64,000 nt of DNA from Lama guanicoe (GCA_013239625.1 MU054323.1:9269186-9333185), one strand, 5' to 3'; counted from the stretch's first letter, positions 12,245 through 26,104 are shown. Notes: generated by a model from the sequence alone, not told the origin. A program made the numbers and translations.

Positions 12245-15200
12245 AAATAGGTTTGATTTTGTGTTTATAAGATATCACCTTAAAGTTGTGTATATAAAAA
12301 TAATATCTTAGTCATTTAGTCACCATTAAATTCAGCACTCTCTAAAGTGTTTCTATTTAGTGATTTTAGTGTTTCCAGTCTTAATTCTCTTATACATATT
12401 GTGGAAAAGATACCATCCCTGTTCTCTAAGTGGTTATATTGTTAAGAGACGAAAGGCTAGTGAAGGTTCTGGGGAGAGTACTCTGTTCTTTCTTTTCAAC
12501 TTTGTTCCACTTTGGGGGAGGGTTCCAAGATAGAAAGGAATCTGCTTTTTACTTTCTTTTTCTTAGTAAACAAGGAAGGCTGAATCAAGAGATGTGATTT
12601 GAGATTCCTTCCTTCCCCTGCTCCCTCCCACCCTAGTTTGCTTCCATCTCTCCACCCCTAATTCCAGAGAACGAAGCAGAACTTAGAAATGTGCTGGGTG
12701 ATTCCAGAAACCTATTTGAAGTGGTAGTTCAACATGGTGTGGGGCTGCGTGCTGGTCACTTTTTTTACGAGGAGCTGAAAGATCATCTGTACAGCAACTT
12801 CTGATGGGCAAAAAAAGGGATATTACAATTTTTCGAGTTCTCTAAATGGAGCTAAAGCTATCATTTTGAGATACTTTTTGTATATTTTAGATTAAAAGCA
12901 TGCTTGCCTGTGGAAGAAAATTAATAAGTATGCCAGTTCCAATGATTCTGTTACCCTAGCACAAAACTAGGGTGGTAGAGAAATTCTGGTGTCATGCACT
13001 GGGTAGGTCATCTCTTGGTAGATATTTGAAGATGCCCCAGAACTCCTCTGTTAATTGAAACTTTTGCTTACCTAGCAACTGTTGGTGAGACTGCCTACTG
13101 AATGGCATTTTTAAAAGTTCAGATTTAGGATTCCTTATTTTGCTTTTTCTCTATTATGAGCCTGTTGGTTCTATCACAAAATCATGTGGGAAAGTGATTT
13201 CTTGGCAACTAAGTTATTCGTGTATTTTGCCCAACACATTACTTATTTCTTCTCAAGGGTATACAATTGTCATGTTCTGACATAGACTTAGTATCACATT
13301 ACCACTAGTAACCAGAAGATTTTATTGATTGTAAACCAAGAATGGACTGCTGTATTTTTTCTGCAAAGACCTTTTAGAAAATCCTAGGTCACAAAAAAGT
13401 TTAAAAAAAAATCTAGGGAACTTGGTTGTTGATTGACAGGCAGGTCAGAACCTTGGAGAGCTCTAGAGAAGGCAGGGACAGGACCACAGCCAGAAGCTGC
13501 CATGGCTGTCCCCAGACTAGATTTTTTTGGGGGAAGATGGCAGTTCCACTTTGCTTATTGTCAAGATCTGGATGATATAAGGAGATAAATCCCTTATACT
13601 CCACGCACGAGCTATATACATAGCCTAATTTGGTGACTTGGGGCTAAAGTCCTAAAAACTAGAGAAAGTGTTTTTCGTTAGCACGTCTTCAGGGTTCTCC
13701 AGGCCATTTTATAATTCTGGATTCCTCCCAGGAGGGCTTCCAATATTAAGATGAAGATGGTCACAAATAGGAAGGATAAAAGAAGCATAAGATTTCACTG
13801 AAGTATTCACCACTTACTAGACTAGATCCATTTTTCTAAAAAATAAAAAGTTTTTTCAAATGACAACTTGGCTAAAACTTCAACAAAACCCAAACCTAAC
13901 CCAAACTAAACAAAAACAGAATGACAAGTGTTCTGGTTAAAGCAGGTTAAGAGGTTGGAGTGCCTCCTACTCAGATTACTCCTTGCTCCAGCAGTAGCCA
14001 CTGAACACAGGCTGCAAATTGGTACATTTTATCAGAATACATTCTATTTACTTGTCAGACATAGTTCTTAAGTAGGTGTGAGGATTTAACTTAACTGTAC
14101 TTCTAAGAATACTTTTACTAGCCCATCCATATTAGTCCCAAAAGTGGCCTTATATTGGTTATCTTCTTAGCTACTCATTTGGATGTCACATATTTGCTTC
14201 TCTTTCTAATTAGCTTCTGTGCTTTCAAGAACCTACTGAGTTTTCAAGACTATAATTAACAACAACTTCAAAGAACGTGGCAACATTCTCAAATCTCTGC
14301 TTACAAGAATGAAGAGAATTATTAGAATATTTGAAAATAAAGCCACTGAGGATTATAGAACTACCTTAATTAAATTTTTGCCTTATCAATATTTATTTCT
14401 GTGAGTACTCTGCAAATTGTACTAGAGCAGAATACAACTATGATATTCTCTCTCCTTTCACATACCCTATTTTGTTCTTAATAGTTGACGCTTCTCAAAT
14501 ATAAAATCCAAAAGCATTAACTGCAATTTAACTATAACTATAAGAGATATGATTAGGAGTTCTGTGTTGTCTTTTTTGTTAACCACATGACTGTAAATAG
14601 ATGAAGGGTAGTTTTATGGAAAAGGGAATAGACTTGCCCTGAGGAGTTGTAAAGTTAATTTCTTTTAATTCAGTTTTCCTCTCATCCACTCCCAAATTTA
14701 TATTAACTCTACTTGAAGAAGCTAACAAGTTGGTATATTTTAAGAAAGTATGAATAAATGTTTAAAAAATTTCATTTAAATTGTTTCAGATGATATATTA
14801 GAATAGCTATAAATACTTAACCCTGTCCTAATGTATAGTGTAGACATTCATTTCCAATAATACTTGGTCTTCTTAAAAACAGGTCAAATAGAAGATTTAT
14901 TTTTGTTATCTTTTGTATTTTCCTGATAAAGTGACATATAAAAATTTCATGCTGTCCAGTTATAGTTCTGGTAGAAATGTAAGATGCCATTGGTCAGTTC
15001 CTACAACTTTCTATTCAAGGAGTGTAATATAAAAGAGTTTTGTTTGAGAGACGTGTAATAAATTCCTGCAGCCATAGCCATTACATTATAGCATATTGCA
15101 TTAGCTTTCTGGAAATGTTCAGTGAGGCTTGGAACTTAAAAAACAGTAAGTTCAAGATTACTTGAAGCATATTTATTTAGGGTTAAATGATGCAAGATTT

Positions 15201-15359
15201 ATCCTCCAGAAGGCTATGAAGCTGGCTCACTTTTAGTTGATCAGAAGAGATGATTGAAGGCTGACCTCCTAAAATATATAGATGGCAAGTGGAATTTCTT
15301 AAACTTTGAAGTTTGGAATGAAATATCTGAAGTCTGCTATTTTATTTTAAAAGATTTAT

Positions 15360-16020
15360 CTTTTTCCATTATGAAAGTATGTGCATGTGTTATACATGTG
15401 CACATACATGCATATACATACATATGTATAGACATATACTCAGAAAATTTGGAAAATGTAGAAAATTAGAAAGAAGGGAAAAGAAAAACTCTTCTAAACA
15501 GCTCCCAACTATAGACATTAGTTGTTAACATTTCTTCTAGTAGTTTTTCTGTACATAGATGGTTTTTGCTGTGGAGGGTTGAAGGGGATGACATAATCTC
15601 ATAGGGGTAATCAAAAGTTGTGATCATTATATATATACTTTATTTTGTCTTTATTTAATATTTTAACAGAAGTATTTTCTATGCTGTAGCAGACTATTTG
15701 TGAATGTATTGGCTGCATATTATTCCTTTGAATGACTATAACAGCTTTTCAACTGTTTCTCATTATCAGGCTTCTTGTAGGTTATTTATAGTTTCATGAC
15801 ATTGTAAATGAATATGTGTATTTTTGCCTATGAAGATTTTTCCCCTTATTTTTGTTGTTTTCTTAGATAGATTTCTGGAAATAGGATTTCTGGATTCCTA
15901 AGGGTATTGAGGTATTGAGATGAACATTTTTAAGACTTTTGATAAATGTGTATATATGTATACACACACTGCTAGTACCAAGCTCTCATCTGTAAAAGTG
16001 TCTGTTAAACTATGTCCTCA
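15360..16020 (-). mobile_element. Ancient L1ME-like 3' fragment, antisense
   Basis: agaaaatttggaaaatgtagaaaa...ttcttagatagatttctggaaataggatttctgg. Confidence 0.55.
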
Positions 16021-16022
16021 CT

Positions 16023-16165
16023 AGATTAGCAACATGCTACTAAAAAAAAAAAAAATCAATGGATCAATGATGAAATCAAAGAGGAAATTTAAAAATATCT
16101 TGAGACAAATGACAATGAAAAGAGAACCACACAAAATCTATGGGATGCAGCAAATGTTCATAGAG
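16023..16165 (+). mobile_element. Internal L1 ORF2 fragment (linker region), no tail or TSD
   Basis: Translates NMLL..NQWINDEIKEEI*KYLETNDNEKRTTQNLWDAA, a typical L1 ORF2p segment. Confidence 0.85.
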
Positions 16166-16734
16166 ATTGGCTAATTTAAGATGTAAACTTTGTTTCTCAG
16201 AATTATTGCTTGATTTTCTTCTCTTGTGGGGAATGCGTGGTGAGAGGCAGGCCAAATCAGTGTGTCTGTGGGAACAAGAAACAATTTGTGGGACTGAGGC
16301 CCTGTCTTGGAGTGAAAATCAGGCTAATAAGTTCAAACTAAGACCTGATCCAAGGGGGCTAGTTGAACCATGGGAAGAAAGCAAGGTACAGAGCTTCAAA
16401 GAGTAGAGGAGGAAGCACAGAGTGAGCAAAGCCAGTGGTCATCTGTGGGAATACCTAAGAAGGGCCAAACATTGGTGCCCTACAGGGTCCCAGCATGGCT
16501 CCTTGGGGGATATGAGTAGTCTTCTTGGAGAGTAGTGGGGACCTGATAGTGCGGGTTGGAAGGGAGACTTACTTTATTCTTTATACTCTTTTATGCTATT
16601 GGAAAAATGTTACTTCTTTTACCATTTGTATAGTATTATTTCAGTGAGACTTTATGAAAAAGAAGAAATCAGGAAAATCACTTTTTTTTTGCTTACTAAT
16701 AAGGTAACATACTTTTCATTTATTGTTTTCTAAC

Positions 16735-16940
16735 TTTTTATTGAGATATAATGCTGATATAGCATTGTATTAGTTTTAGGCAAACAGCATTTTGATTTGA
16801 TATGTGTATGTCTTGTGAAATTAATACCACAATAAAGTTAACTTCCATCACCATGCATAGTTACAGATTTCTTTTTCTTGTGATGAGAACTTTTAAGATT
16901 TACTCTCTTAGCAACTTTAAATTTATAGTACAGTATTGTA
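16735..16940 (-). mobile_element. L1MA9-like 3' end, antisense
   Basis: ttttattgagatataat...gtgatgagaacttttaagatttactctcttagcaacttt. Confidence 0.7.
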
Positions 16941-19047
16941 TGTTATATACAATGTTAGAGTAGTGCAAAACTTTGTCGTAAGAAGTTTTAGATTTTTTAA
17001 AGAAATATTTCTAATTTATTCCTGTACTTCATCCTTTTATTAATTGACAATTTTTATTATAAGCTTTATTTTTTAAAAGAAAAAATTTTTCCCTTACAAG
17101 ATATTTTTCCCTTCATTATTAGACAGTGATAGTCCCATTGGCTTATTTCTGTTCTTCATCTGCCAAAAGATCTGAACCTAGTACATTGTCTCCCAACTTT
17201 CTTCTTTCATTGGTGTCCTTGTGAATGAATTTGCTTCAGTATGGCTGAGAAGCCTTGCTTTGAATGAGTGAGACATAAATTGGGGGTGAAGTGAGCTCGT
17301 CATCTGAAAAAGTTAGCCTTCACTGTTTCTCGAATAAAGAAGCTCACATTAGGAGCTGCAGAAAGGTTGGACTTTTTCAAGTCTGCAGGGCCAGTGATTT
17401 GGGAGTTTAACATGTGTGGTGGAGTGTATTTGAGAGAAATGTGGGAAGGTTGAGGGCCACATGAGCAGGAGCGTCCCTCAGGTCAGGGAGCCTGGCCAGA
17501 GAGCCCAAGTGGGGGATCTGGACGTGGGACAAGTTGTGACTACCATGAGGCAGAGGCCCGCTCTTTGGTTAGAAACTGATTTCAGTGACCTGAATGGGGG
17601 AGAATTGGTAAGTTTACAGTCTACACTGTCAGTTGTTGACGCTTGAGTATCTTTAGGGTTATTCAACCTCTCTGGTTAACCAGTCTTTAAAAAACACTGG
17701 AGTAATACCTTCCCTGGAGTGCTTCATAGGTTTTTAGTGAGAATGAATAAAGTTTCATAATAGTAGTTAATTCTTTTGCTTTTGTCTATTTTCTTTTATT
17801 GCATTTTATCACATTTTCCTAGTGCATTTTTCATGACTCTTTTCTGTGTTAATATATTATGTGTCCTATGCCTACTCTCTTGACCATCCTCATTTCAGAC
17901 CTCTTCTTCCATGCATTAGCAAAAATAAGTAGAATAAGAACTTTGTGCATAGAGAGAGAAACTTATTTTTCTCTTTTTCGTAAAGAGCCCTGTTAATTTA
18001 TGCTGCCTCACTCTTTCCTTGAAGAAGCTACGGGCATTTTTTTCTATCTTCTACTTGAGAGAGGAAAGCCCCAATGTCCTGCATTGTTAGATCTGTTTTT
18101 AAAATATGCTTTAGTCTTAGGAAGTGACCAAAATCTTGTACATTTTCTGTGTTCTCCCCTTCCAGGCAAAGTAGTTCAAAGCACGAATTACTTAATATGT
18201 AAAAGTGGTCATGCAGCAGCAGTAGAGGAATTTTTTCATATCGAGCATGTCTCTGCTTCCCTTGATGGGAATGTTTTTCAGCTAAGTCATTTCCCAGTGA
18301 AGTGTGCATTGACTGGGAAGAGGTCAAATGCATTTCCATGTTTTGGGAAGTTGTGTTTAATGGAAAAGGACTGTTTGGCATGTCTTTACTATACATTTAA
18401 CAATTAGGTTGAATCATTTGAAATGAATTCAAGTTGGTAAGATATTTGCCAGCTTAAATGCTTTCATAATTAAAAAAAAATTATGTGGATATAGGCTTGT
18501 AACTTGCCAATGGCTAAAGAGAAATAATGGAATTTAAAAAGTTTAAATTGAGGCCTTTTCTTTTTGTACTGGAATGAGGACTTGAATACATGGCCAGGAA
18601 ATGGGAGATTGTGTATTTTTCCTCTTTATCAGTGTTTAATGATGATCTCGGAAGGAAATGCATAGCAAGCTACATAATGATCATTTTAAGTTCTATATTG
18701 TGTTGTTACATCCTATTGGTACTTTAAATGTGATCTTGAGTAGCTCAAAAGGAATTTTCAGGCTCTTGAGGTCCAGAGGTTTGTCAGTAAGGATTTTGTA
18801 CTCTTCTTATCAAATCACTTTGTAGCAAGGGCCCTCTTTCATTTACTATATGATGCTGGAGCTCTTATTTTTAACTCTGTTTATTAAGTCTTTATTTGGA
18901 TATCCCTTAAGACCTATCTTTCCTGGAAATAAAAGAGCATTTAGTGATATCCCCATTGTCATTGACTCCCTAAGTCATCCCATGCAGTGGAGCAAAGTAA
19001 TTACCATCCTTTTGAAGGATGCCTTTCTTTACCTTTTGCTTATTTTC

Positions 19048-19776
19048 TTTTGATAGAAGACTTTTCTGGTGAGATTGGTCATAATATTAATGAATGTGAT
19101 TTTCTGATATTATATAAATGAAATGTGTCAACATTTGGAAGATCTGCATAACTCAGTGAATCAGTATCTTCTATGACCAGTGCATGATGATACAGTCATA
19201 GATGAGTCAAAGATCCATTTAGAGTGCAGGATAGACAAATGGAATTTAGAGTAAGAGTGTAAAATATTTACTGATATAGTTTCAGATTCCACATTGCAAC
19301 TAACCTTTAAGAAACTGCCACTTGTGGAGTTTTGGTGGAGTATCAAAGAAGAATATCCAGAATTATTTGAAAAGGCTATTAAAATAGTCCTCTCTCTTCA
19401 AAGAACATATTTGAATGAGGCTGGATTTTCTTCATATACTTCAGCCAAAACATGTTATAACATTGAATGTAAAAGCACATATGAGAATCCAGCTCTTTAA
19501 TTAAACCAGACATTAAAGAGACTTCACAAGAATATGATGCAGTGCCATGCTTCTCATGATTTTGGGGGAAAATACAATTATTTCATTAAAAATCTTTTTA
19601 TTTTAACATGTAGTAGGGCTGTTATTTTAAAATTAAATATTTTAAAAATTTCTGTTTTGATTTTTAATATAGTAAATTTAACCCATATAATTCATGTATA
19701 TAGAAGTTCTTTGGGTCTTTAATACTTTTTAAGATAGTGTAAAAGGTTCCTAAGACCAAATGTGTAAGAACTTCTG
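19048..19776 (+). mobile_element. Charlie1-family hAT DNA transposon, 3' portion with decayed transposase C-terminus
   Basis: ORF 19294-19500 reads LQLTFKKLPLVEFWWSIKEEYPELFEKAIKIVL...YLNEAGFSSYT (hATC dimerisation motif). Ends ...gaccaaatgtgtaagaacttctg. Confidence 0.85.
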
Positions 19777-19779
19777 CTG

Positions 19780-20010
19780 TGGTGCTTAATCAGAGACTTG
19801 GAGCCACATTACGTAAGTTTGAAACCCAGCTTTATTGTTTAACATTTGTGAGCTTGGACAAGATACAGAACTACTTTTTGACCTCTGTTTCTTCATCTAT
19901 AAAATGGTATAATAATAAAACTTATAAGGTTGTCATAAGGATTAAGCTGAATATATGAAAAGTTCTTAGAACTTATATAGGACTCAGCAAGCTGTGTAAT
20001 TCTCAGCTGT
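19780..20010 (+). mobile_element. MIR SINE
   Basis: gtttgaaacccagc...acctctgtttcttcatctataaaatgg...gttgtcataaggattaa. Confidence 0.7.
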
Positions 20011-20147
20011 TGAACATTTGTAATGTGGTGTTTTCCTTATGGATGCTAAGTTTGTAGATTTCTAGAGATTGGGTGTTTTTAAGTATTAACATGGGCTATT
20101 ATCAGTGAAGTTCCTTTACTTTTTCTCTACCCTTTTTTTCTCAAAGA

Positions 20148-20339
20148 CAGTGGTTCTCAACCTTTGGTGCGTGTTAGAATCACCTGGGGAGCTTTAATGA
20201 AAAAACAAAACAACACACCTCAATACCCAAGACACACCCCAGATTAACCCAGTTAAATGAGAATCTGGAGGTGGGGGGCAGGTAGAGCCCAAGCATTAGT
20301 ATTTCTAGGTGATTCCATTATGAAGATTGATGACCACTA
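20148..20339. mobile_element. MER5A-like hAT MITE
   Basis: cagtggttctcaaccttt...ttagaatcacctggggagcttt...ggtgattcc...gaccacta. Confidence 0.75.
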
Positions 20340-20349
20340 CTCTGACGAC

Positions 20350-22012
20350 TGAATATTCAGACCCTCTGCCCTTGGATTCTGTCTTTCCCTCCATGTTCTC
20401 AAATAAATTGGAACTAATCTCTCTCCCCTACCTCTCACATCACTGTACTTGGAGGTGTGGTTGGTGTTCCTGCTCTTCAGTGCTCCTGTCAAGGAGATTG
20501 TCTTTCCCTGTTCCCTAACCCCCATCCCCAGCTTTAGAACTGAGGCCAGCAGACAGTAAGCCCCACCACTCCCTCCTTGTCATCCAGAGACATTCTTTGA
20601 AGATTTTAGCACATGGCTTATTGTTACTTTCTCAGTAGTATTGCTCTTGTCATGATTCCAGGTGATTTCATATTCATATAAATGCGCCTTCCAACACGCT
20701 GGCCTCCCAGTCCCAGACTTACTTTCCTCCAGTGACCTCGTTTTCCCCCTTCCTCAACTGGACACACTGTCAGCCAGACCTTGTCAGACCAGTTACCCAT
20801 CACCTCCATCATCTCAGCTGCAAACATCCCATTCTCTGAGGATCGCTTTTGTCTTTCTGATTTGTTCTTTTTAGTATCTAAACTCTAACAATTCTTCCAG
20901 CTCACCAGGACCATTAGCCCTACCACCTTTTCACTAATTCTCACTTCCCTTATGAACTTACTTTGCTTTTTCCTGGCTGAGAGTCCATGGTCCATAATTA
21001 TAATCATTCTTTTGCAAACTCTCTGAGATCACTTGCCCCTCTTCCTTTTGTATTTACCTGGCAAAATCCCTACCTTTGTTAAATCCATATTCTTCCCATT
21101 CCCACATTGCATCGCACCCAGGCAAGGGAATTTATGCAAACTGGTCTCAAAGATCCAAGTTCAGTGGGGCTTTTAGTGATATGTGGAATCCCTCCTCCAT
21201 TTTCCCAGTCCATTTATTGTTTATTGCTCTAAATGACTATTTCACATTTTCTTCTCCAACTTCCAATATCTGTCCCCCCGCCCCCGCCTTCCTTACTCTC
21301 AGCTGATGACCTATTTCAAGGAGAAAATACAAGCTCTCAGGAGAGAATGACCACAAGCTCCTGCCACCACATGGGACTGTGTGCCTGCATTCCTACTCCT
21401 CGGATGGCCTTTTCTCTTGTTTCTGTGGATGGACTCTCTGTGCTTATTTCCAAGGCCAACCCTCTTGGAGATCCCATTCCTACCTACCTATTCATTATTC
21501 TCTCCCATGGTATTCCCTTCTCCCCCTTTTATGTCAGCATGTCTTCCCCTCTCTATGGGATCTTCCGCCAGGCTGTAGACATCTGAGCAAAACTCTCTTG
21601 ACCCCACTTTCCCCCTAGTTACCAGTTTGAATTGTCTGCACTAGCTGTCAGCAATTTCCTTCTAACTGTTCTCTCTTAAAACCTCCATAGTCAAGCTTTT
21701 ACTTCAACGAGATAGCGCTTGCTGAGGACACTGCTGACCTGCGTGTTAACAGACCCTGCAGTCCATTCCGAGGTCTCATCTTAACTCATCAACACCATTT
21801 GACACAACTGATCACTTCTTTCTCTTGAAGCCCTTCCTTCACCAGGTTTCAGGGATGCACGCTGTATTTTTCTCAGTATTTATTACTATTTATTATTTAT
21901 TTTGGCACACTGAAATGTAAGCTCCTTGAGCAAGGACTTGGCTTGTTCTTGTCACTGCCTCCAACAGTGGTTGATACATAATAAGTACTTGATATGTATT
22001 TGTTGAATGAAC
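20350..22012 (+). mobile_element. L2 LINE remnant (endonuclease region to 3' end)
   Basis: Pyrimidine-rich; ggtgatttcatattcat...ccttccaacacgctggcctcccagt (GDFNIH..PSNTLASQ-like). 3' end aatgtaagctccttgag...tatttgttgaatgaa. Confidence 0.75.
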
Positions 22013-22666
22013 GTGAGCTTGAAAATCTCTTTGTACTTACCAGATCTTCCCCCGTTCCCAGCTCCTTTCCTGGTCATAAGCTATCACATATTTCCTTCCT
22101 CTTTTTCTCTGAACTTTGCATTTTCTTAATGGTATTTTCCCTCATCTCTAATCTATTTGTATCTTTTTCAGGCTGAACCACCACCATTATGCATATATTT
22201 CTGTGGGGCTCTGATGTTTACAGAGCATTTATTTATATCTGATATTACGGATGCCGATGGTCTGTGGATCTCATTTGAATGATATTAGCATTTAATGCTG
22301 ATTTTAGGTGCAGATGGAAAAAAATTAAAATTATAAAAGGATAAGAAACAAATTAAATCTTCCAGGACTAACATTACGGTCTTCTAAGTTTCTTGTTTTA
22401 TTACTACCCTCCTTTACACTTCACTGTTTCTGCCTACTCACAACGGAATTCCTCCTTGATTTTCTGCACGAATTTTCAGAAGGCAGGAGAAATCACCAAG
22501 CTCAAAAGACCCTTCTAACTTCAGCTCTGAGTTTATTGTTAGTTAAGAGTAGTCTGTTTCTCCTAGATTTTCATCTCTTTTTTCCCTCTGTGCTGGTGTG
22601 CTAATGTGATACTGGACTTGGACGAAAATTCATTTGTTACTGGTCTTTTATTTTTGGCTTCTACAG

Positions 22667-22861
22667 AACCTTGCCTCCTGGAACCCATCAAATCCTGAAT
22701 GTCTCTTACTTGTGGTGAAGGAGCTTGTGCAACAATATCACCAGTTTCAATGCAGCCGCCTCCGTGAGAGCTCCCGCCTCATGTTTGAATACCAGACATT
22801 ACTGGAAGAGCCGCAGTATGGAGAGAACATGGAAATTTATGCTGGGAAAAAAAACAACTGG
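22667..22861 (+). CDS. BABAM2: BABAM2/BRE (BRCC45) internal coding exon, 195 nt, phase 0/0 (probably exon 5)
   Basis: Translates [65 protein letters not shown], recognised as BRE. Polypyrimidine tract with acceptor ctacag|AAC; donor TGG|gtaagg. Confidence 0.97.
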
Positions 22862-23589
22862 GTAAGGTTTTTCGAGAATGGGGAAAAAGAGTCACTTTAT
22901 CTGCAATAGTATAAAATAATCAATTGAGATGTTTATTTATAATTAACCCTGGCCATTTCCTTAGATAAACATGATTCAGATTGTCTCTGTACTTTGTCAG
23001 TCGCACATCCCCAGCCCCTGACTTCTGAACATCTGGGGCTAGGGATGTGAGACTCCAAATTTTATAAGCTTCCCAGGTGATACCTTTCATGAGGGTCTCT
23101 TCAAACTCTAAATTATGGGCAAATATATAGTATCCCAGTCAGATGAGAGGTCAGTAACTCTGGACGTAGCTAGTTATATGGAGCCTTTTATAGTTTCTTT
23201 ACATCGTGTGGTCCTTTAAAAATGCAAGCCAGAGCCTGTCACTCCTCTGCCCAAAACTTTCATATACCTTTCTTTTTCTCTCTTAGTAAAAGCCGCAGTC
23301 CTTCCTGTGATGTAAAAAAGCTCTATGTGATCCCCATCTTCACCTTCCTCCATCTGACCTTCCTTCTCTCTCCATCTCCTACTTTCCTGTCTAAAAATAA
23401 TCAGCTCCAGCCACCCTAGCACTCTTGCTGCACTGCAGATGCAGCAGATGTGCTTCTGCCCCAGGGTCTTTGCATGGCTTTCCCGTTGTCTGGCCTGTTT
23501 CCCCTGATATTCACAAGGCTGACACCCTGCCTGCTCAGAGTTTTCAGTCGTGTTCTGTTCTTAAGCAATGCCTGCATTAACACCCCCAA

Positions 23590-24415
23590 TTTTTAAAAAC
23601 AACTTTCTAGGTATAATTTTGATACCATAAATTCACTCGTTTTAAGTGTAAAATTTAATGATTTTTAAAAATAAAGTTGCCAACTTGAGCAACCACCATC
23701 AGTCCAGTTTTAGAATGGTTCCATCACCCCAGTAAGATCCCCCAATTAGAATTAATCCTGTTCCCACCTCCAACCCCAGGCAACCACTAAACTCATTTCT
23801 GTCTGTGTAGATTTCCTTTTCTGAACATTTCATGTACAGGCAATACCTGGGAAATATTGTGGGTTCAGTTCCCAACCATTGCCAAAAAACACCCAAATAA
23901 CGTAGTAAAGCGAGTTACATGAATTTTTCAGTTTCCCAGTTCATATAAAAGTTATGTTTACATTATACTGTAGTCTGTTAAGTGTGCAATAACATTATAT
24001 CTAAAAAACAATGTACATACCTTAATTAAAAATACTTTATTGCCAAAAAATACTACCCATCATCTAACAATGCAGGATTGCCACAGACCTTCAATTTGTA
24101 AAGAATACAGTATCTGCAAAGGGCAATAAAGTGAAGCCCAGGAAAACAAGGTCTGCCTGTGGTGGAATCACACAACATGTTGTCTTTTATGATTGGATCC
24201 TTTCACTTTTCACACTGTCAGTGGTTTGAGGTTCATCCACGTTTAGCATGTATCAGTACTTCATTTCTTTTTATGACTGAGTAATATTCCACTGGATGGG
24301 CATATCACAATTTGTTTATCCATTCACCAATTGATGGACATGTGGGTTGTTTTTACTTTTTGATTGTTACGAACAATGCTGCTATAAATAAACATTCACA
24401 TGCAGGTCTTTGTAA
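23590..24415 (-). mobile_element. L1MB/L1ME1-like 3' end, antisense
   Basis: ataaattcactcgttttaagtgta...aatttgtttatccattcaccaattgatggacat. Confidence 0.75.
23837..24159. mobile_element. Tigger1-derived internally deleted element (MITE)
   Basis: TIRs caggcaatacct ... aggtctgcctg at a TA target (ta / tg); internal sequence resembles both Tigger1 ends. Confidence 0.85.
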
Positions 24416-24518
24416 CATTCCCTTTTAAAATTGTAACTTGCAATTCCCCCTGTCTTTACCCTGTTCTACTTTTTTTTTTTTTGGAATCTATTTATAACAA
24501 ACCATATAATTAACAAAT

Positions 24519-25060
24519 TGTATTAGTTATATGTTGCTGCATAAAATAATCATTCCAAAATTTAGGGACTTAAATCAATAATGTTTATTATCATAGTTTT
24601 GGTTTGTTGGGGATCTGGGTAGACCCTCTGTTTCAGGGTCTCTCGTAGACTGCAGTCAAGGTACTGGCCAGGGCTGCAGTCATCTTAAGACTCAACTGGA
24701 GATGGACCCATTTTAAGTTCATTCCTGTGATTGTTGGCACTGTTGTGGGCTGTTGACCTAGGGGTCTCATTTCAGTTCTGGCTGTTGGCTGGAGGCTGCC
24801 CTCAGTTCCTTGCCTCTTCTAGGGCCGCTCCACAGGGCAGCTTATAAGATGGCAGCTGGCTTCACCAGAGCAAGCAGGCAGGAGTGAGTAAGATGTGTGA
24901 GCGAGACAGAAATCACAGATTTATTACCTAATCTCTGAAATGACATCTCATCACTTTTGCTGTATTCTGTTTCTTAAATCTAGTCTACACACTGAGGGGG
25001 AATTATATAAGAGTGTGAATACCAGGGATCATTGCAAGCCAGTTGGAAGCAACCTACCAC
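24519..25060. mobile_element. MLT1 solo LTR (MLT1G/H-like)
   Basis: tgtattagttatatgttgctgcataa...ctgcagtcatctt...ctaccac. Confidence 0.75.
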
Positions 25061-25489
25061 GCTTACTTGTTATGCTTATTGTTTGTTTGTCTCTCCCCAC
25101 AGGAATGTAAAATTCCATGAAGGCAGGGATCTTTTTTTCTGTTCACTAGTATATTATAAACACCTACAACAGTGCCTGCCATATTGTTTATAGTCCGTAA
25201 ACATTTGTTGAATGAATGAATGAACAAACTCTAGTTTATTTCAGCACAGAAAAAGTTTAGGTTCCCTTCTCTGTATTAGTTCTTTTAAATTTTACTTAGT
25301 ATTTATTTTCTTAGGTTAAATATGCCTCTCGCTTTTTGTTCTTCAGCTCTTTCTTAGAGTACATTTTTCCCAAGGTCTTATACATGATTTATTGCTTTGA
25401 ATCAGTAGGATTAAAATTTATTCTTGTTACAAATCGTCTTGTTTGTTCAGTTCAAGGTTTTTTTTTTTGGTTATTTTGTAAATTTATTT

Positions 25490-26100
25490 TGTTTATTTTA
25501 TTGTGGTAAAAGATACATAAAATTAAATTTACCATCTTAACCATTCTAAGCATACAGTTTAGTAGTGTTGAGTACATCCACATTGTTGTGCAGTAGTAGA
25601 TCTCTAGAACTTTCCCATCGTGTAAAACTGAAACTCTGTGTCAATTTAAATACTAATTCCTCTTCCCTCCAGCCCTTGGCAACTACCTTTTCACTTTCTG
25701 ATTCTATGATTTTGGGTCTTTTAGATACCTCATGTAAATAGAATCCTACAGCATTTGTCCTTTTGTGACTGGTTTATTTTGCTTAGCATAATGTCTTTGA
25801 AGTTGATCCATGTTGTTGCATGTTACTGGATTTCTTCCCGTTTTAAGGCTGCCTAGTATCTATTGTACATTTATATCATGTTTTGTTTATCCATTCATCC
25901 AAAGGGTGGACATTTGCATTGCTTACACCTCTTGGCTATTGTGACTAATGCTGACTGCACATGGGTATATACAAAAATCCTGCTTTGAATGCTTTTGAAC
26001 GTACCCCTAAAGTAGGATTGCTGGATCATATTGCTGATTCTATTTTTAATTTTTTGAAGAATCTCTATGCTGTTTTCCATAATGGCTTACCATTTTATAG
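25490..26100 (-). mobile_element. L1MB-like 3' end, antisense
   Basis: aaaattaaatttaccatcttaaccatt...gtaggattgctggatcata. Confidence 0.8.
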
Positions 26101-26104
26101 CAGC

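Larger units (their letters stand above)
23200..25224 (+). mobile_element. L2 LINE 3' region interrupted by nested L1, Tigger and MLT1
   Basis: L2-like segments at 23200-23590, 24415-24518 and 25061-25224, ending in (gaat)n. Confidence 0.7.

Noticed and set aside
18000..18407. Overlapping 135-aa (+) and 122-aa (-) ORFs in unique DNA
   Set aside because: No recognisable homology or convincing gene structure; BABAM2 needs no exon here; lengths are compatible with chance.
19294..19500. Domesticated hAT transposase gene (ZBED/SCAND-like)
   Set aside because: Short, surrounded by stops and frameshifts; an ordinary Charlie1 fossil.
22634..22909. 91-aa ORF as a standalone gene
   Set aside because: It is the BABAM2 exon plus intronic read-through on both sides.
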